From NCBI GenBank assembly GCA_963781755.1, contig CAWAGZ010000004.1:272937-336936 (forward strand): a stretch of 64,000 nt of DNA. The letters are read 5' to 3'. The position numbers were made by a program, and so were the translations under genes. Shown here piece by piece: positions 10,023 through 20,485 of the stretch; within the stretch, counting starts at the first letter, position 1, and each line of letters begins with the position of its first letter. The stretch is from an uncultured Acidobacteriota bacterium (GTDB lineage Bacteria > Acidobacteriota > Thermoanaerobaculia > Multivoradales > JAGPDF01). The notes beneath the pieces are model-generated. The model was not told the DNA's origin and made no database searches. It saw only the letters and a program-made list of their open reading frames with translations.

Positions 10023-11218
10023 GCCGCAAGGTGCTCGTGAGCCACCCGGGGCGGCAGCACTCCCACCGAGCGGCGGCGGCGCTCGAGCGGGCAGATCTCC
10101 TGGCGGGGTACTGGAGCGGAGTTCCCAGCGTCGAGGAGCACCGAGGTGCGGTGCCGGCTGCGCTCTGGAGCCGGTGGGTACGGTATTCGCCGACCGGTCT
10201 TCCAGCGGCGAAGGCGCGGGCGGCGGTTCGGGTACCGGTGGAGAGAAAGGCCGGGAATCTGCTTCCCGGGGCCCTCGCGTTCCGGGTCGACCTGCACGCG
10301 TGCCGATCGTTCGACCGCTGGGTGGCACGGCGCCTCGGGGAGGTCGGGGCGGGAGCGGTGCTGGCATGCGAGATCTCGGCGCTCGAGACGTTCCGGGAGG
10401 CGAAGCGGCGGGGTTGGGTGACCTTGCTCGACGCGCCGGCGATCCACCCGGCGGCCCAGGACCGGTGGCACGGGTACCGGGAGCCCGAGAGCGTGCACCG
10501 GCGGATCGTCGCGATCAAGGAAGAGGAGATCGAGCTGGCGGACGCCGTGGTGACCGTGTCCGAGTTCGCGCGGGGGACCTACGTCGCCGCGGGAGTTCCC
10601 GCCGAGAAGGTCCTGGCGATCTCGCTCGGCGCCGATCTCGGGGTGTTCGGCGCCGGCGAGAGGCCGGCACGGGAAGGCGTGTGCCGGTTCCTCTTCGCGG
10701 GCGCGCCGATCGAGCGCAAGGGATTCGATCTGCTCGTCGAGGCGCTCGGCCTGCTGGACGGTGAAGACCTCGGGTTTCACCTCCGGCAGGTCGGACCGCG
10801 TGGAGAGCTGTCCGGCCTTCTGGGCCACATGCCGCCCGAGACCTGGTCGGTGGCCGGTCCGCGCACCCAGGGGGAGCTCGCCCGGGAGATGGCGGCCGCC
10901 GACTGTCTCGTCCTGCCGTCGCGCAACGACTCCTTCGGCATGGTCGTGGCCGAGGCGCTCGCCGCCGGGATTCCGGTGGTCGCGAGCGACCACGTCGGCG
11001 CCGCCGACCTCGTGCACGAGGGGGTGAACGGCTGGATCGTCCCGGCGGGCGACCTCGGAGCGCTGACCGCGAGGCTCCGGACGTGCGCCCGGTCGCCGGA
11101 GAGCCTGAGGGCGATGTCGGGTGCCTGCCGCGAGAGCGCCCGCGAGGCGACCTGGGAGAGCTATTCCGAGCGCTTCGTCCGCGCGCTCGAGCCGTTCCTG
11201 GAGCGTGGGCCCGGGTGA
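10019..11218 (+). CDS. glycosyltransferase family 4
   Basis: GTG at 10019 overlaps the upstream stop (GTGA). The C-terminal NDSFGMVVAEALAAGIPVVASDHVGAADLV motif is typical of GT4. Confidence 0.8.
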   Translation: MSRKVLVSHPGRQHSHRAAAALERADLLAGYWSGVPSVEEHRGAVPAALWSRWVRYSPTGLPAAKARAAVRVPVERKAGNLLPGALAFRVDLHACRSFDRWVARRLGEVGAGAVLACEISALETFREAKRRGWVTLLDAPAIHPAAQDRWHGYREPESVHRRIVAIKEEEIELADAVVTVSEFARGTYVAAGVPAEKVLAISLGADLGVFGAGERPAREGVCRFLFAGAPIERKGFDLLVEALGLLDGEDLGFHLRQVGPRGELSGLLGHMPPETWSVAGPRTQGELAREMAAADCLVLPSRNDSFGMVVAEALAAGIPVVASDHVGAADLVHEGVNGWIVPAGDLGALTARLRTCARSPESLRAMSGACRESAREATWESYSERFVRALEPFLERGPG

Positions 11219-12387
11219 AGATCCTCCAGGTCGTACCGACCTACCTGCCGGCCGTCCGCCACGGTGGCCCGATCCGCTCGGTGCACGGCCTGGCGCGTGC
11301 GCTCGTCGCCCGCGGTCAGGACGTGACGGTCTACACGACCCACCTTCACGGTCGCGGCGTGCTCCAGGTTCCGACCGACCGCACCGTCGACCTCGACGGC
11401 GTCGCCGTCCGCTACTTCCCGGTCTCGACTCCACGTCGCCTGGCGCGCTCGCCGGCCATGGGGGCGGCCCTCAACGCCGGGATCGGCGGGTTCGACATCG
11501 TGCATCTCCAGTCGATCTTCCTCTGGCCGACCGCGAGCGCGGCGCGGGCCGCGGAGCGGGCGGGCGTGCCCTGGGTCGTCTCGCCCCGGGGCATGCTCGT
11601 GCGCGAGCTCTTCCGCCGCCGCGGCTGGCTCCGGAAGCGCGTCTGGTTGGCGGCGTCCGAGCGCAGGACGCTCGAGCGTGCGCGCAGGATCGTCGCCACC
11701 TCCGAGCTCGAAGCGACGGAAGCGGCGGCGTTCCACCTCCGCCTGCCGCCGATCGAGGTGCTGCCCAACGGCGTCGATCCCCTCTCGCCAGCGCCGCTCG
11801 AAGCGCTTCCCGAGGAATGGCGCGGGTTTCTCGCCGAGGGCGTGCCGTTCCTCTTTCTCGGCCGGCTGAGCTGGAAGAAGGGCCTCGACCGCTTGGTGCA
11901 ATCGTTGACCGAGGTTCCACAGGCCCGGCTGGTGCTCGCGGGCAGCGACGACGAAGGCATCGGCGACGGGCTCGACCGGCTGGCGGCCGAGTGTGGGGTC
12001 GCCGGGCGCGTGCTCCGGACCGGTTGGGTGGAGGGCGAGATCAAGGCGGCGCTGGTCGGCGCCGCCCGAGCCCTGGTCCTTCCCTCGATCTCCGAGAACT
12101 TCGGCAACGTCGTGCTCGAGGCCTGGAGCCTCGGCGTGCCGGTCGTCGTCGGCCGCGGCGTCGGGCTGGCCGACGAGGTCGCGGCGAACAACGCCGGGCT
12201 GGTCGTGGCGGACGAGCCGGTCGTTCTCGCGGCCGCCCTGCGCCGGCTCGCGGAGAACGCGGAGGCCGCGCGAGAGATGGGGAAGCGGGGCCGCTCCGCG
12301 GCCGAAAGGTACTCCTGGCCCGCGATCGCGGCACGGGCCGAGGCGATCTACGCCGAGGTCGTCGCGGAGCGGGGAGGGAAGCGTTGA
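11215..12387 (+). CDS. glycosyltransferase family 4
   Basis: GTG at 11215 overlaps the upstream stop. The VKILQVVPTYLPAVRHGGP N-terminus and ENFGNVVLEAWSLGVPVVV motif are present. Confidence 0.8.
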   Translation: MKILQVVPTYLPAVRHGGPIRSVHGLARALVARGQDVTVYTTHLHGRGVLQVPTDRTVDLDGVAVRYFPVSTPRRLARSPAMGAALNAGIGGFDIVHLQSIFLWPTASAARAAERAGVPWVVSPRGMLVRELFRRRGWLRKRVWLAASERRTLERARRIVATSELEATEAAAFHLRLPPIEVLPNGVDPLSPAPLEALPEEWRGFLAEGVPFLFLGRLSWKKGLDRLVQSLTEVPQARLVLAGSDDEGIGDGLDRLAAECGVAGRVLRTGWVEGEIKAALVGAARALVLPSISENFGNVVLEAWSLGVPVVVGRGVGLADEVAANNAGLVVADEPVVLAAALRRLAENAEAAREMGKRGRSAAERYSWPAIAARAEAIYAEVVAERGGKR

Positions 12388-13520
12388 GGATCGTCTTTCT
12401 GCTCGAGCGCCCGTCGCAGTTCGACGCTCCGCTCTTCCGGCTGGCCGCCCGTGATCCGGAGCACCGCTTCACGGCGTGGTTCACCGCGAGCGACGCCTCG
12501 CGGCCGGTCCGGGACCCCGAGCTCGACCGGACGATCGACTGGGGCGGCGACCGGCTGGAGGGCTACGACTCCGAGGTGGTTCCGCCCGCGGCCGGACGCG
12601 GGTGGTTCGCCGAGCGGCTCGCCCGCGACCCGGCCGACCTCCTGATCGTCAACGGCTACACGCGCCGGATCTACCTGCGGGCGGCCCGCGCCGGACGCAC
12701 CGCCGGCGCCGCGGTCGCGCTGCGCATCGACACCGTCCGCTTCCCCGGCGAGCCCGCGCCGTCTTGGACCCGCCGGCTGCTGGTCGGCAAGCTCCTGCCG
12801 CGCCGCTTCGACCGCTTCCTCGCGACGGGGAGGCTCGCCGAAGAGTTCCTCCGCGCCTGCGGCGTGGACCAGCGGCGGATCGGCCGCTTCCCCTACGCCG
12901 TGGACGCGGCCGATTTCGCACTTCGCTCACGGCTGGACGACGGCGAGCGGGAGCGGGTCCGCGAGGGGCTGGGAGTCCGTCCCGACGCCAAGGTCGTGCT
13001 CTCGCTGACGAAGTTCTCGAGCCGCGAAGCGCCCTGGGATCTGGTCGAGGCGCGGGAGCGCCTGCCGCGCGCGGACCTCGACTGGGTCCTGGCGGGCGAC
13101 GGCCCGCTGCGCGGCCAGCTCGAGACGCGGATCCGCGAGCGAGGGCTCGACCGCATGCGTCTGCCGGGCTATGTTCCGTACCCGGAGCTGCCCCGCTTGT
13201 ACGCCGCCGCCGATCTGTTCGTGCACCCCGCGCGCGAGGAGCGCTGGGGGGTCTCGGTCGCCGAGGCCCTGGCCTGCGGCCTGCCCGTGGTCACCAGCGA
13301 CCGGGTCGGGGCGGGCTGCGACCTCGTCGTCCGCGGCGAGAACGGGGAGGTCTACCGCTCGGGATCCGGGCCGGAGCTGGGCGCGGCGATCGAGCGTGCG
13401 CTCGCGCTTCCCGCGGACGGGATCGCGGCCGCGAGCCGGGGCGTCCTGGATCGCTTCGGCCTGGAAGCGACCTGGAGCGGTTTGGTCGCGGCGGCGGGAG
13501 CTTCGAGGGTAGATCGATGA
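12384..13520 (+). CDS. glycosyltransferase family 4
   Basis: TTG at 12384 overlaps the upstream stop. The EERWGVSVAEALACGLPVVTSDRVG motif is present. The upstream part of the 11121 ORF is out-of-frame junk. Confidence 0.75.
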   Translation: MRIVFLLERPSQFDAPLFRLAARDPEHRFTAWFTASDASRPVRDPELDRTIDWGGDRLEGYDSEVVPPAAGRGWFAERLARDPADLLIVNGYTRRIYLRAARAGRTAGAAVALRIDTVRFPGEPAPSWTRRLLVGKLLPRRFDRFLATGRLAEEFLRACGVDQRRIGRFPYAVDAADFALRSRLDDGERERVREGLGVRPDAKVVLSLTKFSSREAPWDLVEARERLPRADLDWVLAGDGPLRGQLETRIRERGLDRMRLPGYVPYPELPRLYAAADLFVHPAREERWGVSVAEALACGLPVVTSDRVGAGCDLVVRGENGEVYRSGSGPELGAAIERALALPADGIAAASRGVLDRFGLEATWSGLVAAAGASRVDR

Positions 13521-14380
13521 CGGATCGCCTGCCGCTCACGGTCCTGGTCACGACGCGCAACGAGGCGCCGAACGTCGAGCGCTGCCTGGCGAGCGTGCGC
13601 GAGCTGGCGGACCAGGTCGTGGTCCTCGACTCGGAGAGCACGGACGGGACGGTCGAGATCGCGCGCCCACTGGCCGACGAGGTCGTGAATCTCGAATACG
13701 ACCACTCGCGGATCATCCCGTGGATCTTCCAGTGGGCGCTGGACCACGTCGAGATCCGCAACGGGTGGGTGCTGATCCTGGAGGCCGACCAGGCGGTGAC
13801 CCCGGCGCTCGCCGCCGAGATCCGGGCGCTGCTCGGGCGGAGCCAGGTCGCCGAGAACGGCTTCTTCATCCGCCGGGCGCAGTTCTTCCGTGGCCGGCGG
13901 ATCCGCTTCGGCGGCTACGGCAGCAAGCACCTGCTCAAGCTCTTCCGCCGCGGCAAGGGGCGGCTGGATCCGGAGGAGCAGGACACGCGGGTCTACGTCG
14001 AGGGGCCGGTCGGGCGACTTCGGCACCCGATCGAGGAGTGGAACAAGAAGGAGGACGCGATCCTCTTCTACCTCGAGAAGCACCTGCGCTACGCGGAGGC
14101 CTTCGCGCGCGAGGAGCTGGCGCGGCGCCAGGGGCTCGAGTTCGCGGGCAAGGCGAGGTTCTTCGGCACGCCGGACGAGCGCATTCTCTGGCAGAAGCGG
14201 ATCTGGTACCGGATGCCCCTCTACGTCCGCCCGTTCCTCTACTTCTTCTACCGCTACTTCCTCCGCCTGGGCATCCTCGACGGCTGGAACGGCTTCGTCT
14301 TCCACTTCCTTCAGGCGTACTGGTTCCGCCTGATCGTGGACATCCGGCTGGCGGAGCTGCGCAAGGGCGCTGTCAAGTGA
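13517..14380 (+). CDS. glycosyltransferase family 2
   Basis: LTVLVTTRNEAPNVERCL...VVLDSESTDGT matches the GT2 DXD-type N-terminus. ATG at 13517 overlaps the upstream stop. Confidence 0.8.
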   Translation: MTDRLPLTVLVTTRNEAPNVERCLASVRELADQVVVLDSESTDGTVEIARPLADEVVNLEYDHSRIIPWIFQWALDHVEIRNGWVLILEADQAVTPALAAEIRALLGRSQVAENGFFIRRAQFFRGRRIRFGGYGSKHLLKLFRRGKGRLDPEEQDTRVYVEGPVGRLRHPIEEWNKKEDAILFYLEKHLRYAEAFAREELARRQGLEFAGKARFFGTPDERILWQKRIWYRMPLYVRPFLYFFYRYFLRLGILDGWNGFVFHFLQAYWFRLIVDIRLAELRKGAVK

Positions 14381-14453
14381 CGGCTCCTCGTTGGAACACG
14401 GTGGGGCAACCGGCGTCACCTCGAGTACGGGATTCGAGCGGCGAGAGCTCGCG

Positions 14454-15689
14454 ATGAGTTCTCCAGGACGAGAACGGGGTCTTGCGATCATCTGCCCCAG
14501 TGCAGACCGATTGGATTGCGGAATCGGCAGCTACTCCCGCTCGCTGGCGCGCGAACTTAGTTGCGCCGGGGGCGACGTCATGGTGGTCATGGAGAGGTCG
14601 CAAGGAGCGTTCTCTGCCGATAGTGACCTCGAAGCCGTAGGTAGACTGGAAGTGCCACAGCTTCCATCTCTTCAGAGCTTGCGCAGGATCGCAAAGTCGG
14701 TTCGGGCGTCTCACTGCGACGCTGTGCTCCTCCAATATCAGCATCTTCTCTACGGCGCGAGGCCCTGGGTCTACTTCTTTCGGGATCTCCTGGGACCTGG
14801 TGAACACCACATGGGGCTGATCATCACCGTTCACGATCTACTGGAGCCCCACTTCTTTCGCGGTGCGAGATTCCTGCGCCGGTTTCTGATGGGACATCTG
14901 GTTCGTGGGGCAGATGCCATCTTCTTGTCGACGGATCAGATGAAGGCCGAGTTGCTCCAAAGGTTCGGGGACCTGGAAAGGGCAGAGGTCGTTCCTGTAG
15001 GTCCGTCGATACGGTTGGGCTCATCGGCCGGCGCGTCTCCTGCGTTCGCTGAGGAAGTGAGCCGAATGGCGGGCGAACGTGCCATCGTTCTCTGCTTCGG
15101 CCTGGTCGCGGAAGATCGGGGACAGCTCTTCCTGGTCGACGCTGCGAGGCAACTCAAGCGGGAAGGACACGAAGGGGTTCTCGTCTGGATTGTGGGAGCG
15201 GATGCTCAGTTTGAGGCGGTGGGCAAGGGGGAATACCGCAGGAGGATCCAGCGAGCGATCGTGGAGAGTGACCTGGAGGGCAATGTCCGGATCGACGACT
15301 ATCGGCCGGAAGCCGAGATCAGCCTGCTGCTGGAGAGGTCGGCATTGGTCGCTATCCCCAGGCGCGGCGGTTTCTCCGGCTCGAGTACGGTTGTCATGTC
15401 TGCGCTCGAACACGGGAGGAAGGTCCTGACGTTTGGCGCCCGAGATCTCATCGACCCCGCCTTGCCTGCGGATCGGGTGATCTTGAGCGATCCGGATCCA
15501 CAGGCATTCGCTGCTGCGATTCTGGAGTCGTTGGCGCAGACCCGTCGCAGTGGAACTGTCGTTCCAGATCACTGTGACTCGGCCGCGACGGGGTGGAAGA
15601 GAGTGGTGGATGCGTACCTCGGGGTTCTGGAACTCCCCGCGGTAAGGGGAGGTTCGAGCGGCAGGCTGCCTGGGCAGGATCATGTCTAG
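14454..15689 (+). CDS. glycosyltransferase (GT4-like)
   Basis: A GT-B pattern is present. The start is either ATG 14454 (MSSPGRERGLAIICP) or the upstream ATG 14391. Confidence 0.6.
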   Translation: MSSPGRERGLAIICPSADRLDCGIGSYSRSLARELSCAGGDVMVVMERSQGAFSADSDLEAVGRLEVPQLPSLQSLRRIAKSVRASHCDAVLLQYQHLLYGARPWVYFFRDLLGPGEHHMGLIITVHDLLEPHFFRGARFLRRFLMGHLVRGADAIFLSTDQMKAELLQRFGDLERAEVVPVGPSIRLGSSAGASPAFAEEVSRMAGERAIVLCFGLVAEDRGQLFLVDAARQLKREGHEGVLVWIVGADAQFEAVGKGEYRRRIQRAIVESDLEGNVRIDDYRPEAEISLLLERSALVAIPRRGGFSGSSTVVMSALEHGRKVLTFGARDLIDPALPADRVILSDPDPQAFAAAILESLAQTRRSGTVVPDHCDSAATGWKRVVDAYLGVLELPAVRGGSSGRLPGQDHV

Positions 15690-17466
15690 GATGAGCATTC
15701 TCGGCCTCTCGGCGTATCACGCGGACGCTGCTGCTGCGGCGGTTGAAGGCGGGCACTGTGCTGCCGCTGTCGAAGAGGAGCGCTTTCGGCGGGTCAAGCA
15801 CTGGGCCGGGTATCCCGAGGAGGCGCTTCAGTGGTGTGCTGACGAGGTCGGGGGCGCGAGCGGAATCGAGGCGTTCGCCGTCGCCCGCCGGCCGCGGGCG
15901 TACCTGGCGCGGAAGGCCTGGCTGGCGTTTTCCCATCCGCGGAGTCTGCCGCGGGCGGCGTCGCGGGTACGGAATCTGCTCCAGATCGAGGCGTTGGCCG
16001 AGAAGGTGCAGGGGACGTTCGGGCTGGCGAAGGCGCCGCGGCTCGTGGCGGTCGAGCACCATCTCGCGCACCTGGCGTCGGCGTTCTATCCGTCGCCGTT
16101 CGAGGAGGCCGCCTGCGTTTCGGTGGACGGGTTCGGGGACTTCGTCTCGACCATGATCGCCAAGGGGAGCGGGAACCGGATCGAGGTGCTCGAGCGGGTC
16201 TGCTTTCCGCACTCGCTCGGCGTCTTCTACACCGCGATGACCCAGTACTTGGGGTTCCTCAACTTCGGCGACGAGTACAAAGTCATGGGGCTGGCGGCAT
16301 ACGGACAGCCTTCGTATGCGGCGGAGCTGCGGCGGCTCGTCCCCGGGAGGTCCGACGGGACCTTCCGGCTGGACCTCGAGTACTTCCGGCACCTGTCCGA
16401 AGGCGTCGAGATGAGCTGGGACGACGGGGCGCCCGAGCAGGGGCTGCTCTTCTCGCCGGCTCTGGAGGAGCTGCTCGGGCCGCGGCGGCGGAAGGACGAC
16501 GAGCTCGAGCCGCGGCACAAGGACCTGGCGGCCTCGATGCAGCGGGTCTACGAGGAGCGCTTCTTCGCGCTGGTGCGGCGGGCGCTGGCCGAGACCAAGA
16601 CGAAGCGGCTCGTGCTCGCCGGCGGTTGCGCTCTGAACTCGCTCGCCAACGGGCGCCTGTTCGACCACACCGACGTCGAGGAGGTCTGGATTCAGCCCGC
16701 GGCGGGCGACGCCGGGACCTCGCTCGGGGCGGCGCTTTGGGCCGCGCATGCTGTGCTGGGCCAACCGCGCGACGGTTGGGTCATGGAGCACGCCTCCTGG
16801 GGGCCGGGGTTCGACGAGGCCGAGGTCCGCAAGGCCGTCGCCGAGGGGGTCTCGGGCTCGGGCGGCCGGGACGGCCGGCACGGCGAGGTCTCGATCGCCA
16901 CCGCGGCGAGTGACGAGGTGCTCTGCCGGGAGACTGCGGAAGCGATCGCTGCGGGAGAGGTCGTGGGCTGGTATCAAGGGCGTTCCGAGTGGGGACCGCG
17001 GGCGTTGGGCAACCGGTCGATCCTGGCCGACCCGCGGCGGGCCGACATGAAGGACGTGCTGAACTTGAAGATCAAGCGCCGGGAGTCGTTCCGGCCGTTC
17101 GCGCCCTCGATCCTGGAGGAGCGGACCGGGGAGTGGTTCACGATCGACTATCCCGATCCGTTCATGCTCAAGGTCTACCCGATCCGGCCGGAGAAGCGGG
17201 CGGCGATCCCGGCGGTGGTCCACGTGGACGGCACCGGGCGCCTCCAGACCGTCTCCGAGCGCTCGAACCCTCTTTATGCGAAGCTCATCCGGTCGTTCGA
17301 ACAGGTCACCGGGGTGCCGATCGTGCTCAACACCTCGTTCAACGAGAACGAGCCGATCGTCAACACGCCGGCAGAAGCCCTGGACTGCTTCCTGAGGACG
17401 AAGATGGACCGGCTGGCGATGGGACGCGTGGTGCTGCGGCGGATTCCCGGAGAGGGCGCGGAGTGA
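15682..17466 (+). CDS. carbamoyltransferase, NodU/CmcH family
   Basis: The ILGLSAYHADAAAA N-terminus is diagnostic of NodU/CmcH carbamoyltransferases. The conserved C-terminal region (HVDGTGRLQTV) is present. The start may be ATG 15691. Confidence 0.85.
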   Translation: MSRMSILGLSAYHADAAAAAVEGGHCAAAVEEERFRRVKHWAGYPEEALQWCADEVGGASGIEAFAVARRPRAYLARKAWLAFSHPRSLPRAASRVRNLLQIEALAEKVQGTFGLAKAPRLVAVEHHLAHLASAFYPSPFEEAACVSVDGFGDFVSTMIAKGSGNRIEVLERVCFPHSLGVFYTAMTQYLGFLNFGDEYKVMGLAAYGQPSYAAELRRLVPGRSDGTFRLDLEYFRHLSEGVEMSWDDGAPEQGLLFSPALEELLGPRRRKDDELEPRHKDLAASMQRVYEERFFALVRRALAETKTKRLVLAGGCALNSLANGRLFDHTDVEEVWIQPAAGDAGTSLGAALWAAHAVLGQPRDGWVMEHASWGPGFDEAEVRKAVAEGVSGSGGRDGRHGEVSIATAASDEVLCRETAEAIAAGEVVGWYQGRSEWGPRALGNRSILADPRRADMKDVLNLKIKRRESFRPFAPSILEERTGEWFTIDYPDPFMLKVYPIRPEKRAAIPAVVHVDGTGRLQTVSERSNPLYAKLIRSFEQVTGVPIVLNTSFNENEPIVNTPAEALDCFLRTKMDRLAMGRVVLRRIPGEGAE

Positions 17467-17470
17467 CCCG

Positions 17471-18644
17471 ATGCCGACCCGTCTCGTCGTCGTCGCGACC
17501 CATCCGACCGACCACTTGGCGCCCTACCTGCGCGCGCTGACGGCGCGGCCGGAGATCGACCTCCACGTCTTCTACGCCCACCGGCCGGGCTCGGAAGCCG
17601 CCGGCCGTACCGGCGAGGCGGCCTTCGACGTCGCGCCGGCGCCGCTGCTCGAGGGCTACTCGTGGAGCGACCTCGAGAACGTGCGCGTGGACGAGGAGGC
17701 GCCGGACGAGTTCCGGGGGCTCGCGGTCAAGAAGATCCAGCGCCAGCTCGAATCGGAGCAGCCGGACGCGGTGATGGCGACCGGGTGGTACTCGAGGATC
17801 CTGAAGCAGGCGGCGCAGGGCGCGGGCAAGCTCAAGGTCCCCTCCTTCCTGCGCGGCAAGTGGAACGACCTCCAGACGCGGGGGTTCAACGGCCACCGCC
17901 GCTTCCGCTCGCTGGTCAAGCCGTTCTCGGGGTTCCTCGCGGTGGGCCGGGCGAACCGGCGGCTCTACGAGCAGGTGGGAGTCGCCGCCGAGACCGATCT
18001 TCGACGTTCCCTACGGCATCGACACGCCGCGCTACGTGGCGCGCGCCGCGGAGCTGCGACCGCAGCGGGCGGAGTTCCGCGCCGGCTGGCAGGTGGACGG
18101 CGAGGACTTCTGTGTCCTCTCGGTCGGCCGGCTGGACGAGACGCGGCGGCCGTTCGACCTGCTGGAGGCGATGGAGATCGGGCGCAAGGACCGGCGGGAC
18201 CTGCGGCTCCTGATGGTCGGCGCGGGTCCGCTCGAGTCCGCCGTCCGCGAGCGGGCGCACGAGCGCCGGCTGCCGGTGAGCTTCGCCGGCCACCTCTCGC
18301 CGGGCGACCTGGCCCGCGCCTACGCCGCGGCGGACGCGCTGGCGTTGGCCTCGGACGCGCGCGAGGCCTGGGGCTTGGTGGTCAACGAGGCGATGGCTTC
18401 GGGGATCCCGGCCGTGGTCTCGGACCAGGTCGGCTGCCGCGAGGACCTGGTCGTGGACGGCGAGACCGGCTTCTCCTTCCGCACCGGCGACGCGCGAGGC
18501 CTCGCCGCCTGCCTCGCCACCCTCGCCGCCGACCCCATCCGCAGCGCCGCCATGGGCGAAGCCGCCCGCGACCGAGTCGTCGCCGACTACTCGATCGACC
18601 GCGCGGTGGAGGGGACGTTGGCGGCGCTCGATGCCGTGCGCTGA
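17471..18644 (+). CDS. glycosyltransferase family 4, interrupted by a +1 frameshift near 17990-18000
   Basis: The N-terminal half is in frame 2 (to ..YEQVGVAAE). The C-terminal half is in frame 0 (IFDVPYGIDTPRY...EAWGLVVNEAMASGIPAVVSD). Removing one C from the CC at about 17992 restores one 391-aa GT4 protein. Confidence 0.65.
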
Positions 18645-18678
18645 TAGCACGGCCATCGGACACCGGTTGTCTAGGGCA

Positions 18679-20434
18679 CTACCGCAGATACCCGAGCGCG
18701 CGGAGCTGGAGCAGAGCCTTCTCGGAGTTCTCGGCTGCGAGGTGCGGAGACCAGGGGGGGATGACCGTCTCCAGGTGCCTCTCGAGTCGCCCGGTCTCGG
18801 GGGTGTCCGAGCCGGCGCGGTTGAATCTCTCGCGCAGGTCTCCGCGCTCGTCGTAGAGCTCGTACGTGTCGCCCCAGCCGTACCAGATCAACGATTCCGA
18901 ATCGGTGTCGATCCGGCGGGAGGCGACGATCGGGCGGTTGCGCCAGGACATCAGCGGCTCGGTGTAGTGCAGCGAGGCGTAGCGGACCGGGCGCCCGTGG
19001 TCGCGGCCCCACTGGGCGACACCGATCGGCTTCACCGTGAGGCGCGGGAGCAGGTCGAAGAAATCCCGGGCCTCGAGCGGAGAATCGAGCCGCGCGGGCT
19101 CCTCGTCCGGACCGTAGAGCAGGACCGGGAGGCGGATCAGCTCGTTGTAGAGCGTGTGGCCGTACCCCGCCGAACCGTGGTCGCCGAACTCCACTCCGTG
19201 GCTCGACGTGAGGAAGATCCAACACGGGCGGCCCCGGACGTGATCGAGGCGGCCGAGGAGCTGGGCGAGCTGGCCGTCGAGATAGCGCAGCTCCGCCTCG
19301 TAGGCGGGCAGGTCGGCGGCCAGGCCGTGACCCGAGGGCTGGCCCCCGCTCAGGTAGGGGGCGTGAGGGTCGAGGAAGTGGACGTAGAGGAACAACGGGC
19401 GATCCGGAGCCGACTCCGCGAGGGTCCTCTCGGCGGCCGTGCGCACGGCCTCCGCTTGGGCGTAGGGCTGGCCTTCGATCTCGTCGAAGACCTCGAACCC
19501 CTGGTCGAATCCCGCCGACTTGCCGACCGCGGCGTAGTTCGAGACCACGGCGGCCGTGTGGTAGCCGAGCGACTGGAAGCGTTCCGCGAGAGTCGTGAAG
19601 CGCGGGTCGAGCGCCTCGTCCCGGTCCCGGGCGCCGTGCTCCTCGGGGAGCAGGCCGGTGAAGAACGAGGCCACCGAAGGGCGGGTCCAGCTCGAATTGG
19701 CCAGGACGTTCGAGAAGACGATCGAGTCGGCCGCGAAGCGGTCGAGCTTCGGCATCAGCTCGGGAGCGCCCCCCCAGGCGGAGAGCGAATCGGCTCGGAG
19801 GCTGTCGATCAGGAGGAAGACGACGTCCGGCGAGTCGGCACCGGCGGAGGGGAGGTCGCGCAGCGTCTGCTCCGGGAACGCCGCCATGGGCCTGCGCCCC
19901 TGCGCGTACATCTTCGCCGGAGAGGGCCCCAGGACGGATTCGAGCGGCGCCCCGATCGAGTGGATCTTCTCCAGCACCACCCAGCGCAGATACTGCGAGG
20001 AGTAGTAGGTCGCGACCAGAGTCGCCAGCGAGAGGCCGACGCCGAAGGCGGTCAGGCGCCACCAGGTGAGTGGGCCGGAGGCTCGGCCAGATGAACCTCG
20101 AGTAGAAGTAGACGAGCGCCCCGCCGATCACCACCGTGAGGATCAGGTCGATGCGGTCGGGTGGCACGCCGAAGACGTCGCGCCAGTGGCGGACCAGGAT
20201 GTAGGTCGCCGCGAGCGAGGCCAGCGCGCCGGCGAACCGGCCCAGCGAGTGCGTGGCCGAGACGCCGGCCAGCAGCGTCGAGGTCAGCAGGATCAGGAGG
20301 AAGACGACAAAGGTCTCGGTGCCAGGGGTCAGCAGGACTCTGAGCTGGGACAGAGTCGCGACCGCTGGTACGGCTAGAATCGCCAGGCCGGCGACCAGCG
20401 AGCCGATGCGAACGAGAGCCGAGGACTCTTTCAC
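18679..20434 (-). CDS. membrane-anchored sulfatase-family (alkaline phosphatase superfamily; LtaS/EptA-like) protein, interrupted by a +1 frameshift near 20066
   Basis: The N-terminal 3-4 TM region runs from GTG 20434 to about 20068 ([17 protein letters not shown]...[17 protein letters not shown]). The sulfatase domain is in the next frame ([19 protein letters not shown]..). Removing one base from the GGG/CCC run at about 20066 gives a 585-aa protein. The 953-aa ORF 18671..21532 is a chimera of this gene and antisense of fcl. Confidence 0.6.
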
Positions 20435-20485
20435 ACCACCATGAAAGGTAGCACCGACCGAGGCGGAACGTTCCCACCCCCCGGG

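Noticed and set aside
8600-11218. 872-aa plus-strand ORF treated as a single gene
   Set aside because: Only its first 65 codons (the Wzy N-terminus) and its last 400 codons (the GT4 from GTG 10019) are coding. The middle is out-of-frame junk and the Wzy body is in frame 0.
8715-11434. Long minus-strand ORFs 8715..10367 and 9881..11434
   Set aside because: They are Arg/Pro-rich and low-complexity, and lie antisense to the Wzy-like and GT4 genes, which have clear family motifs.
11121-13520. 799-aa plus-strand ORF treated as a single gene
   Set aside because: Its N-terminal 420 aa are an Arg-rich out-of-frame overlap of the GT4 gene 11215..12387. Only the part from TTG 12384 is a GT4.
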